This document shows positions 21,248-29,214 of a stretch of 32,000 nucleotides of DNA, in pieces. The DNA is from Wolbachia endosymbiont of Drosophila innubila (GTDB lineage Bacteria; Pseudomonadota; Alphaproteobacteria; Rickettsiales; Anaplasmataceae), in NCBI RefSeq assembly GCF_021378375.1, contig NZ_CP076228.1, positions 630,001 through 662,000 on the forward strand. The letters are read 5' to 3'. The notes beneath the pieces were generated by a model. The model was given only the letters and a program-made list of their open reading frames with translations, was not told the DNA's origin and made no database searches. How positions within the stretch are numbered: position 1 is the first letter of the stretch; every line of letters starts with the position of its first letter. Made by a program: the position numbers and the translations under genes.

Positions 21248-21712
21248 TCAACTTACCTTTTTATCACGCATCCCAAATAATAAAGGACCGTTGTAGCTCA
21301 TTCCCATTATTTTTCCGGCTACCGCTGATAATGACGTAAAAAATTCTTCTCTGTAGATTAAACCCTTATCTGTTACCATCACTGCATGCGTTTCTTCACC
21401 TCTTTCTAATATCAACTCCGTTCCTACTGCTGGCAGTTTATCGCTACTTATCCTTTTTCCCTGTTCTAGCCGATCTGCCAGGTATTTTAGTCTTTTTGCT
21501 CCTTTTCTTGATATTTCTCCATACGCTTTCTCCTGCAACCTATACGCCAATCTTGGTATCAAATATTTCTTTGAGTTTCTAGGCGCTTCTTCCACAAAGA
21601 CCTTCCTCCATATTTTTCTCAGCTCTTCCAACGCTTTTTTCTCTAAATTCAATACTTTCTTTTCTATTCCTTCCATCCTAGCTTCTGAATTTAAAAAAAA
21701 GTTGCGGCTCAT
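21248..21712 (-). CDS. DUF2924-family protein, the usual partner of large serine recombinases
   Basis: LIPRLAYRLQEKAYGEIS...LPAVGTELILERGEETHAVMVTDKGLIYREEFFTSLSAVAGKIMGMSYNGPLLFG matches the DUF2924 pattern. It lies immediately upstream of the recombinase. Confidence 0.85.
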   Translation of the reverse strand: MSRNFFLNSEARMEGIEKKVLNLEKKALEELRKIWRKVFVEEAPRNSKKYLIPRLAYRLQEKAYGEISRKGAKRLKYLADRLEQGKRISSDKLPAVGTELILERGEETHAVMVTDKGLIYREEFFTSLSAVAGKIMGMSYNGPLLFGMRDKKVS

Positions 21713-22299
21713 AGCACTTTTTCATCCATAGTTTCTAGCTCTTTCACCTCTTCTTTTGCTACTATCACGCCTGCTGCTGTACTTTCCGATACAACTCTTA
21801 TTCTTTCTATAAATTCCCTCTGTTTATTTGCCATTTTTACGTTCTCTAACACTTCTTTTATCTCTTTATTATTTCTCACATAATCCATTGGGGTCTTGCC
21901 AAATTTATCTTTTTGTTCCACATTCCCTCCCGCTTTTACTAGCTCTTCTACTATTTTTATCTCTGCTACCATGCACGCAAGGTGTAACGCGGCAAATTTG
22001 CTACTTCGTTCCACTGCGTTTACATCGACTCCTGCCTTTATCAGCTCTTTTGTATTTTCTAGACGTTGCCCCATCACTGCTAGGTGTAGTGGTCTATATT
22101 TCCCGGCATCTGCTGCATCTACATCTGCTCCCTTTTTGATTAATAATTTCACTTTTTTCGGATCTGGCATTCCCACCGCGTAATGTAGTATCGTCCTTCC
22201 TTTTGTGTCTTTTTGTTAATATTTTCTATTGAGTTATCTAATACTTCTTTCCACGACTTATTAAATTCTTCTCTTTCTTTCTTTACTAAATTTTACCAT
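21709..22299 (-). pseudogene. Ankyrin-repeat protein, paralog of 22560-23162, with a compensating frameshift pair in the N-terminal region
   Basis: Intact part is 21709-22176. Upstream, the ATG at 22299 (GAGGAA RBS) gives MVKFSKE. The frame then shifts for KKEREEFNKSWKEVLDNSIENINKK and returns for DTKGRTILHYAVGMPDP. The total length of 591 nt is a multiple of 3. Its stop overlaps the DUF2924 start (ATGA at 21709-21712). Confidence 0.8.
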
Positions 22300-22559
22300 A
22301 AGTTCCTCAGCTATTAATGCAATATAAAGTGGCTCCAATTTGGCTCACTTTGGCGCTTAGCAAACTTTGTTTGTTTACCAGCTACTTTTTCACTTAGGGC
22401 TATTTTGGCATAAAAGCAAGTTTTTTTTACAAAATATACACATTTTTTCAGCATATTATATTAAGATATAAATCTATATATTTAATCTGTTAAATAATAG
22501 CAATTCCTCTCCTGCTGTTGCCAGCTTTTCTCTTCTATTTTTTCCATATATTTAGCCTC

Positions 22560-23162
22560 TTATTTCCTCACAAAAAGTCTGCAAACATCTACAGCCCTTT
22601 CCTCCACATCATTTAGCTTCTTTCCACCATTTACCACCTGCTTTTCCGATACCTTACTTATTTTTTCCATTAACTCCCTCTGTTTGTTCACTATTTTTCC
22701 TCCTTTTTTCTTTAATACCTCCCTTGTCTCTTCATCACTTGCGTAATACATTGGGCTAAATCCTGATATACTTACCAGGTTTATTTCTGCCCCTGCTTTT
22801 ATTAACTCTTCTACTATCTTTTTTCCACCTACCATACACGCTAGATGTAGTGCCGTATTTCCATCTTCTTCGGTTGCGTTTATATCTGCTCTGGCTTCTA
22901 TTAATTCTTTTACGTTTTCCAGACGCATTCCAAGCGCTGCTGAGTGCAGTGGTGTATAACCTTCGTTATCTCTTGCATCTACATCTGCTCCTTCCCATAT
23001 CAGCCAGTTTACTTTTTTTCTCGTCGACATTTTTGCTGCTCGGTGCAACATTGTTTCACCGTTTTCATTTTTTCTATTTATATGCTTTTTAGACAATTTG
23101 CCTGCAAGCAACTCTTGAAATAATTCATTAAAATCATCCCTTTCTTCTTGACTAATCCACAT
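22560..23162 (-). CDS. Ankyrin-repeat protein (200 aa), intact
   Basis: GAGG RBS precedes the ATG at 23162 (MWISQEERDDFNELFQ...). ANK units include GETMLHRAAKMSTRKKVNWLIWEGADVDARDNEGYTPLHSAALGMRLENVKELIEARADINATEEDGNTALHLACMVGGKKIVEELIKAGAEIN. The C-terminal tail looks coiled-coil-like. Confidence 0.85.
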   Translation of the reverse strand: MWISQEERDDFNELFQELLAGKLSKKHINRKNENGETMLHRAAKMSTRKKVNWLIWEGADVDARDNEGYTPLHSAALGMRLENVKELIEARADINATEEDGNTALHLACMVGGKKIVEELIKAGAEINLVSISGFSPMYYASDEETREVLKKKGGKIVNKQRELMEKISKVSEKQVVNGGKKLNDVEERAVDVCRLFVRK

Positions 23163-23235
23163 GATGTACCTCACTATAAAACTTCCTAACTTCTAGCGTT
23201 TGGTAAATCTTTTTTGTTTACCTACACCTACCTAA

Positions 23236-23264
23236 TTTATAGCTGTTTTGGCATGAAAAAGCAA
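23236..23264 (-). promoter_or_regulatory. Candidate sigma70-type promoter of the intact ankyrin paralog
   Basis: On the minus strand, TTGCTT (23264-23259), a 17-nt spacer, then TATAAA (23241-23236), ~65 nt upstream of the start. The paralogous position upstream of 22299 reads TTGCTT-17-TAAGTG, a degraded -10. Confidence 0.35.
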
Positions 23265-23335
23265 CTTCTTTTTTTCAAAAAACACACATTTTTACCGAAT
23301 ATTAATGTAGTGTATGAAGATATAAGTATATGTAT

Positions 23336-24497
23336 TTAACTCATTAAACATACGACCTGTTTTTCTTCCCAACTTCTGTTCAAATGTCGATGTTCGTGCC
23401 ATGTTAGTACACCTGGGTAAAACACTAAAATGTACCTTTCTAACTCATGTATTGAATCCTTTTGCTCTGAATCTAAATCGCTTTCAAAATGAACATTGTG
23501 TTCTGCTAAACCAAATCTTATAACTTTCTGGTTGGTAAAATCTTCTACCTTGTAGTGGTGAGTAACGCTAAACCTTTCTAAAACTGGTTTATATTTTAAA
23601 TTCCACAGTTGTTCAGATAGTTTGCTACTTCCCAATAAAAATTTATCCCCTTCCTCTTCTATACTAGTAACCGGAAAACATGCGTTTATTTCCCCTAAGT
23701 TCCAGCTATCTGATAATACTATTTGTGCCTTAGCAAACTTAATTGCCGGTAATAAGCCCTGTGGTAGCGGATATAGCGCTTTGAAGTTATACCACACATG
23801 ATTCCTTTCATAAATACCGTTATAGTTCTTAGTATGAGGCTCGGTTTCTCCAAGTATTGCTACATCTAGGCGATATATATCATTGCTCAAAGCTTGTTCA
23901 TAATGATTGCGTAGATAGTTCTCTATAATCCTAACAACTGGACCACTAGACCTGAAAAAATTTACTCTCCCAAATGATAACACTGGTCCATCTTTTTCGA
24001 TCTTTGTACCAGAGTAGTCTGATAATAAGCTGCCAAAAAAGCTTTCATCTAAAATAAATCTTCCAATATTATAGTGGTCATTGAAAAGCCTCATTAGCCT
24101 CGATCTTGCTGGCAATGATAGTTTTGCTAGTTCTACTACTGCATCCACGAAGAAGTCGTTCGGAACATCTCTTATCCCTACCTGCAACTCAAAAAAGTGT
24201 TTTACCGGGTGGCTCTTCAATGATCGTAATATCTTCTATATTTGCCCACTTTAATGCTATTTTCAGTGAGGCAGGTGTGCCACGCAGTCTTTGAAATTTT
24301 ATTCCTTCTCTTATCGCCTTTCCTTTGTCTTTTACCCAACGCAGAATTTCCCCCAATCCATATTCTTCTATTATCCACGGTAGTATTTCATCTTTAGAAT
24401 TAAACTTAAATCCTTTTATCCTGCTTGGATCAACTTTGTAATCGATAGCCTCTACTATGGCTCTTTCTTCTTTTGTGCTATTAGGTGGAAGTAACAT
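23336..24497 (-). pseudogene. gpI: P2 gpI-like baseplate protein with a ~220-aa C-terminal extension; one frameshift
   Basis: MLLPPNSTKEERAIVEAID...ILPWIIEEYGLGEILRWV...RGTPASLKIALKWANIEDITIIEEPPGK (24497-24189) continues in another frame as HFFELQVGIRDVPNDFFVDAVVELAKLSLPARSRL (ORF 24220-23336). The shift is at the T4/A4 run 24200-24203. The ATG overlaps the gpJ stop (TAATG). Confidence 0.7.
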
Positions 24498-25312
24498 TAG
24501 CTTTTGCCCATTAATTCGATTTCTAGCTTGCCTAAACAAACGCACTCATTCCCCAGTACCACACACACAACATCTTTTCTTGGCTCTATTAATTCCACGT
24601 TTTCTACCCCTTCTACAAATAGATTTGCTATGATCCATGATTTTGTCACCTTCCATCCCAATCTTTTCGTTGCTTCAAATTTTTCGATAAATTTCTTCTT
24701 CACCGTTTCAATAATATCCGGTCTTTTAATGCTAATTTTGCTGTGGATATCTATTTCAATAATATTGCAACCAACTACTGTTATCGTATCTGTCAATACC
24801 CTTATATCATCCCTGGTGACTCGCTTTCTTACAATATCAAGTAGTTCTTCAGATGCTATGCCATTTGTGGATAACTCCGTGGATAAAATCGAGATCTCTA
24901 CACTCCCTGGCACTTTTGATTCAACCAGCGCATCCTTTACTCTTCTATCTGCTGAGAGTGCATGATATCGATAATGTTCTTTACTTCCTCCAGTTGACCA
25001 GCCTTTTATTTTTGCCTTGATTCTTTTTCTAAATCGTTCATCTTCTTCTCCATCTTGCCTCTCTGCTCCATAAAACTCAGCTAAATTATCAAGTTCTTCC
25101 CCTCTTGCAAACTTCAGTAAGTTGCTCCTTGCCGCTTCGTTTATTCTTTCTCTCAGCAAAAGTTCTCGCCATGCTGCTACCTCTAAAATCTTTATTGCTG
25201 GGTCACTTTCTACTAATGCCGTAAAACTTTCATCACGACTTACTAATTCTTCTTTCATCCGGGAAAAAATCTCTTCAAAGTTCAGTGGTTCGATAATATT
25301 TGGCTGCTCCAT
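24497..25312 (-). CDS. gpJ: Baseplate assembly protein J (P2 gpJ-like), intact
   Basis: The 271-aa ORF has gpJ-type features (DPAIKILEVAAWRELLLRERINEAARSNLL.FA.GEELD.LA.FYG..R). Its position between W and I matches P2 synteny. Confidence 0.88.
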   Translation of the reverse strand: MEQPNIIEPLNFEEIFSRMKEELVSRDESFTALVESDPAIKILEVAAWRELLLRERINEAARSNLLKFARGEELDNLAEFYGAERQDGEEDERFRKRIKAKIKGWSTGGSKEHYRYHALSADRRVKDALVESKVPGSVEISILSTELSTNGIASEELLDIVRKRVTRDDIRVLTDTITVVGCNIIEIDIHSKISIKRPDIIETVKKKFIEKFEATKRLGWKVTKSWIIANLFVEGVENVELIEPRKDVVCVVLGNECVCLGKLEIELMGKS

Positions 25313-25314
25313 CT

Positions 25315-25641
25315 CTATACCATAATCCCATCAAAATGAATATTTTTCCCATTTGGTAGATAAATACCATCTAATGAAATATTGACCTTTCCTTCTTTCA
25401 CTTCTGTAATTTTTACTTTTTCTAACTTAAATCTTTGCTCCAACTTTTGTAGAGCTTCTGCTACTGCTGCATAGATTTCCAAAGTTCAATCCCTATTAAT
25501 TGGCTTATCTACTAATTCAAGTAGTCTTGACTCATAATCCCTTCGCATAACACGTGATCCTATCGGCGTGGTCAGTATGTCAACTATCGATTGCTTTAGA
25601 TGGTTTAATCCTTCCAATTCCTTTCCCGTGCTAGCATTCAT
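25315..25641 (-). pseudogene. gpW: Baseplate protein W (P2 gpW-like) with a compensating frameshift pair
   Basis: MNASTGKELEGLNHLKQSIVDILTTPIGSRVMRRDYESRLLELVDKP, then frame +1 for LEIYAAVAEALQKL, then back to the original frame for EQRFKLEKVKITEVKEGKVNISLDGIYLPNGKNIHFDGIMV*. In the start frame a TAG occurs at 25462-25464. The second shift is at the C3/G3 run 25440-25442. The total of 327 nt is a multiple of 3. Confidence 0.75.
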
Positions 25642-25646
25642 GCCTC

Positions 25647-25901
25647 TCATTCTGCAAATACATTTTTGCTATCACCCATCACATGAAAACCACACGATAC
25701 CAAGTCACCTGCTCTTGTTATGCCAATATCATTAACAAATACGCTATTTGATCCCTGAGTTAGTTTCTCCCCTAGAGTTAAGATATCTCCTTTTCGACAC
25801 ACAGATCTACCGTTTACAAAAACATCGCTGCTTCCACTCATACAAACATGTGCTGGTATTCCACTGCAATAATCCCCTATACAAACCACAGCTTTAGCCA
25901 T
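25647..25901 (-). CDS. PAAR-like spike-tip protein (84 aa), intact
   Basis: It carries three repeats of the PAAR-type pattern: GSSDVFVNGRSVCRKGD, GSNSVFVNDIGITRAGD and GDSKNVF. It sits between gpV and gpW. Confidence 0.72.
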   Translation of the reverse strand: MAKAVVCIGDYCSGIPAHVCMSGSSDVFVNGRSVCRKGDILTLGEKLTQGSNSVFVNDIGITRAGDLVSCGFHVMGDSKNVFAE

Positions 25902-25903
25902 AC

Positions 25904-26368
25904 TTAATTAAGGTCGATTCTCTTTGCTTTGAGTTTTATGCCTCTCTTGGTAATCTTCATACTTGATTCTCCTACTTTCAACGTTATTTTATCCACTACA
26001 TCTATCTTAAGATGGTGCTTTTCTTGCTCATATGATAACTTTGTCCCATCTTGAAATTTTACACTATTTATTTCCTTTTTATTCTCCGGAGGGGGATATT
26101 TCTCCTGATATATTGCTGGTAATACTACCCCTAATGACAACTCTCCATATGGCGATAATACTATTACTTGCTCATCAATATTCGGCGCAAACCAACTTCT
26201 ATCTTCTCCTGCTCTTGCCGTTACCCACGGAAGCCAATCCGTTAAAAATTCCCCTATTTTTACCCGCACTCTTGCTTTTTCATAATCTACTTCTTTAACT
26301 AAACCTATACGAATAATGTTCGCTAACTTCCTATTCAGCTCTGAAATTGCAAAATTATGCTCTAACAT
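25904..26368 (-). CDS. gpV: Baseplate assembly/spike protein V (P2 gpV-like), intact
   Basis: MLEHNFAISELNRKLANIIRIGLVKEVDYEKARVRVKIGEFLTDWLPWVTARAGEDRSWFAPNIDEQVIVLSPYGELSLGVVLPAIY matches the gpV N-terminal OB-fold pattern. Confidence 0.88.
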   Translation of the reverse strand: MLEHNFAISELNRKLANIIRIGLVKEVDYEKARVRVKIGEFLTDWLPWVTARAGEDRSWFAPNIDEQVIVLSPYGELSLGVVLPAIYQEKYPPPENKKEINSVKFQDGTKLSYEQEKHHLKIDVVDKITLKVGESSMKITKRGIKLKAKRIDLN

Positions 26369-26828
26369 TTTCGCCAACACTTATTGTATGTGGTATGATA
26401 CCAGTTTCTAACCACATTGATTGACCTGTATGTAGCTCGTGAACCCATTCGACCAACCACACCAAATATGCATCCAACTCTGGTTTAAAATCATCCCCTC
26501 CTGCTGATATAAATTCACCTGCTGAAACATTTTCCACGTCCCAAGTATTCTTATTCACTACCCTTGCAATTTCCGCTGCCAGTGACCTTACCACTACCTG
26601 AGAATCCTCAACTGTTCCATCAACTACCACTCTTACCTCAAATCTTGCCCTCAACGCTAATTCCTCAGTCCCCGGATCTTTCCCTGGTTCTAAACTTGCA
26701 AGCTCTACAAATGCTGCTGGCGCTATTATTTCCCTACGTATTGCTGGATACACTTCGCACGTTTGTATTGCTGGGATTTCTTCTTTTAGCGTTTTACAAA
26801 TCTTCTGATGTAGATCTCTCCAAAACAT
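26355..26828 (-). CDS. Phage connector / tail-terminator-like protein (lambda gpU-like by pattern and synteny), intact
   Basis: The 157-aa ORF is tightly packed between the Z-like gene and V. APAAFVELASLEPGKDPGTEELALRARFEVRVVVDG..DSQ resembles the FPAVAVYL..E..GE....A.L.IEVF core of gpU-type proteins. The functional call is tentative. Confidence 0.55.
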   Translation of the reverse strand: MFWRDLHQKICKTLKEEIPAIQTCEVYPAIRREIIAPAAFVELASLEPGKDPGTEELALRARFEVRVVVDGTVEDSQVVVRSLAAEIARVVNKNTWDVENVSAGEFISAGGDDFKPELDAYLVWLVEWVHELHTGQSMWLETGIIPHTISVGENVRA

Positions 26829-26834
26829 ACGCTC

Positions 26835-27331
26835 TTAAATAAAATTAAGTTCATGGTCAAAATACTTCTCAAATACTCTCTCTACTTCATTAGAGACTAA
26901 CTCTTTCATTGTTTCCCGAGCATGGGTATTTATTTTAATTTCATCTATTGGCAAAGACGTGGTATACCTTCGTCTGAAGATTCCTATATGACCATTTTTC
27001 ATTGTTGCTATAAATGCTCCTTCATACGTACGGCTTCCTACTTTTGCTCCTATCTTTGTCTGTTTTATACTCCCAAGTTTTGCTACTCCTATCCACTGCG
27101 AACTGAGCTTTACTACTGACCATAAGCGCTTTCTATTTGCTTTATCCACACTTAACTTTTTTCTCATTGCTTTTTTTGGTATTTGTTTTCTTCGCTAACT
27201 TGTTTGACAGTTTGTGACCTTACCCATAGTGCTGTTTTGTTTAGTGCCCTCACCGTTGCTTTTTCCACTTTTTTCCTTTCAGCATCTATACTTTGTATAA
27301 TACTACCGGTGACTTCGATGTTAATACGCAT
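26835..27331 (-). pseudogene. gpZ: Lambda gpZ-like minor tail / virion morphogenesis protein; one frameshift
   Basis: The ATG at 27331 gives MRINIEVTGSIIQSIDAERKKVEKATVRALNKTALWVRSQTVKQVSEENK. The frame shifts near the A-runs at 27168-27190, then continues MRKKLSVDKANRKRLW...GAFIATMKNGHIGIFRRRYTTSLPIDEI (ORF 27167-26835). The length of 497 nt is not a multiple of 3. Confidence 0.6.
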
Positions 27332-27475
27332 CTACACCCCTGACGCTTGAATTTTCCATAGCATTCCCGAATTGTCCCTAAGTGGTGGTGAATATACTTT
27401 GTACTTACGCTTATCAATAATAAAGATATCTCCTTGTATCTTGTCAAAAGCATCTGATGTTTTAAGCTTAAGCAT
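27332..27475 (-). pseudogene. Lambda FII-like head-tail joining protein, C-terminal fragment (47 codons)
   Basis: LKLKTSDAFDKIQGDIFIIDKRKYKVYSPPLRDNSGMLWKIQASGV* aligns by pattern to the FII C-terminus (L.V.TD......GD...I......V.P.D.GG...W....GV). It abuts the left end of an IS110-family element. Confidence 0.45.
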
Positions 27476-27655
27476 TAGGTGGAGAAGGGAAGAACTTTGA
27501 ATATCTCCTTAGATATAAAATCTGTGTGGTAGACAAGAGTTCCCTTCTCAAAAGTATAGGCTGAACGGTATCGTAGAAAGACCTAAATGGTTATAATTCT
27601 GTACCCACAAGGTTAGCCTTACTTTTCATTTTAATAGTAACGTATGGAGTTATAT

Positions 27656-28678
27656 ATGATCAACAACTTTTTGGGTATAGACATATCAAAAGATCGCTTT
27701 GATGTTTCTCTTTCATTCATAAGCAACAAAGGAAAACGTGAAACCAGGAAAAGGAGTTTCAAGAATAATGATCATGGGTTTCAAGGTTTACTGAGCTTTC
27801 TACAAAAGCATAATGTAGAACAAGTAAAAGCCTGCATGGAAGCTACTGGTTGTTATAGTGAAGCCTTAGCTGAATTTCTACACAATACTGGACATTTTGT
27901 GAGTGTTGTTAATCCAGCTTGTATAAGATTTTATGCAAAAAGTAAGCTTATACGACAAAAGAATGATCAGACTGATGCAGAGATAATTGCCGATTATTGC
28001 CAAAGACAGGAACCTATTCGTTGGGCACCACCTTCTCCTGAGTTAAAGAAATTAAAGCATCTTTATCGTTGCTCGGCTGCGTTAAAAGATGAATTGACAT
28101 TAGTAAATAACCACTTAGAAAAAAAAGAGAGACTGCCTAAAGAAGTTGCAAATGCTTGGGAAGACCTTGCAATGAACATAAAACAAAAAATAGAAAGAAT
28201 AAAAAAACTCCTTACGTGAACTATTAAATAAACACAAAGAATTGTTGGAAAATTTTCAACTTCTATTGACCATTCCAGGAATAGGAGAAGAATCAGCAGT
28301 AGCTATTTTGGCTGAAGTTCTAACATAAAAGCTTTCAAGGATGCCAGGCAATTGGCAGCATATGCTGGAGCTATACCACGAAATATAACGTCAGGTACGT
28401 CTGTACATGCCAAGCCCAGATTAAGTAAATCCGGTTCACGAACATTATGTAAGGCAATGTACTTTCCTGCCATAGTAGCTAAGAATCATAATCCTACTAT
28501 TATGACTTTTTGCAAAAGGTTAAAAGAGAAAGGCAAGCATAACATGGCCATTGTGGGAGCTGCAATGCGTAAGTTACTCCATATTGTTTTTGGTGTTTTA
28601 AGGTCAAAGAAGGCTTTTGATCCAGATCATATCAAAAACTACAGAGCTAGGAGTTTGGCTGAAAGTTTAGTGCTTTAA
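27656..28678 (+). pseudogene. IS110-family (DEDD) transposase with a compensating frameshift pair
   Basis: MINNFLGIDISKDRFDV...ACMEATGCYSE...VSVVNPACIRFYAKSKLIRQKNDQTDAEIIA is the DEDD_Tnp_IS110 part. It is followed by LLLTIPGIGEESAVAILAEV and FKDARQLAAYAGAIPRNITSGTSV...SKSGSRTLCKAMYFPAIVA, the Transposase_20 part. Frames run 2 -> 0 -> 2, with shifts at ~28214 and ~28318-28322. Confidence 0.85.
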
Positions 28679-28733
28679 AATCAAAAAACGCTCCAATTAT
28701 GTAAAATAGTATCTTACACAAATTTTGTAACTG

Positions 28734-28812
28734 GTTAGTGAATATGTTGATAAGTAAATTAATTTTATACGTACAAAAAAGCGGAAATTTACTTATCAAC
28801 ATATTCACTAAC
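28734..28812. repeat. Perfect 27-bp inverted repeat (hairpin) with a 25-nt loop in the 3' non-coding flank of IS110 element A
   Basis: gttagtgaatatgttgataagtaaatt (28734-28760) is the exact reverse complement of aatttacttatcaacatattcactaac (28786-28812). Confidence 0.95.
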
Positions 28813-28863
28813 TATAATCTGTGTACCGTTACACAAAATGTGAATTGGAAGTATTTTTTAATT

Positions 28864-29124
28864 TTATGATACAGCTTGAACAATTTTTGTAATTTTTTTG
28901 TTGACTTGCAAGACGGTATCTACTACTGGCTGCAATACATCGAATATACTCACCTCCAAAATCAATATCTCCCCTACAAATTGTCCTTCACCAATCTCGT
29001 ATAATTTATCTGGCTGTTGTTTTAATATTTGCACCATATATGACTTATCCTTTGATTCATACAACGCTTGCTGCCCTAGATGTGCAAAACAATCTGCAAA
29101 TAATCTTTTAATATCTCTAAACAT
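28864..29124 (-). pseudogene. Lambda FII-like head-tail joining protein, N-terminal ~80% (86 aa); lacks the conserved C-terminal end
   Basis: MFRDIKRLFADCFAHLG..ALY...ILKQQPDKLYEIGEGQFVGEILILEVSIFDVLQPVVDTVLQVNKKITKIVQ follows the FII pattern (F..LF...; PE....G.GV.VEG....L.V..DEV......D.L.I.......V). It ends next to the right end of IS110 element A. Confidence 0.5.
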
Positions 29125-29214
29125 AATTTTTTAGTTGCTTTTTATTCTTTAGTTGATATAATGCTTCCTGTTCGGGGTATTAAAAACAATCTGCACTTAG
29201 CTTTACCTCACCTG

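Larger units (their letters stand above)
27480..28860 (+). mobile_element. IS110-family insertion sequence (element A), boundaries approximate
   Basis: A transposase pseudogene is flanked by ~175 nt of 5' and ~180 nt of 3' structured non-coding sequence. The element interrupts the FII-like gene. Confidence 0.82.

Noticed and set aside
20011-21339. Five plus-strand ORFs (20011-20331, 20357-20593, 20581-21084, 20606-20941, 20945-21339) overlap the recombinase.
   Set aside because: They are antisense shadows of a strongly purine-skewed real gene. Their products are low-complexity Leu/Phe/Ser/Pro-rich strings with no motifs.
24106-25325. Plus-strand ORFs 24106-24294, 24504-24965 and 25122-25325.
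   Set aside because: They are antisense to the well-supported gpI and gpJ genes and show no motifs.
25487-25489. On first reading, an in-frame TGA nonsense codon (or recoding site) appeared to lie in gpW.
   Set aside because: Base-by-base recounting showed that this TGA is not in the start frame. The gene instead has two compensating frameshifts and a TAG at 25462-25464 in the start frame.
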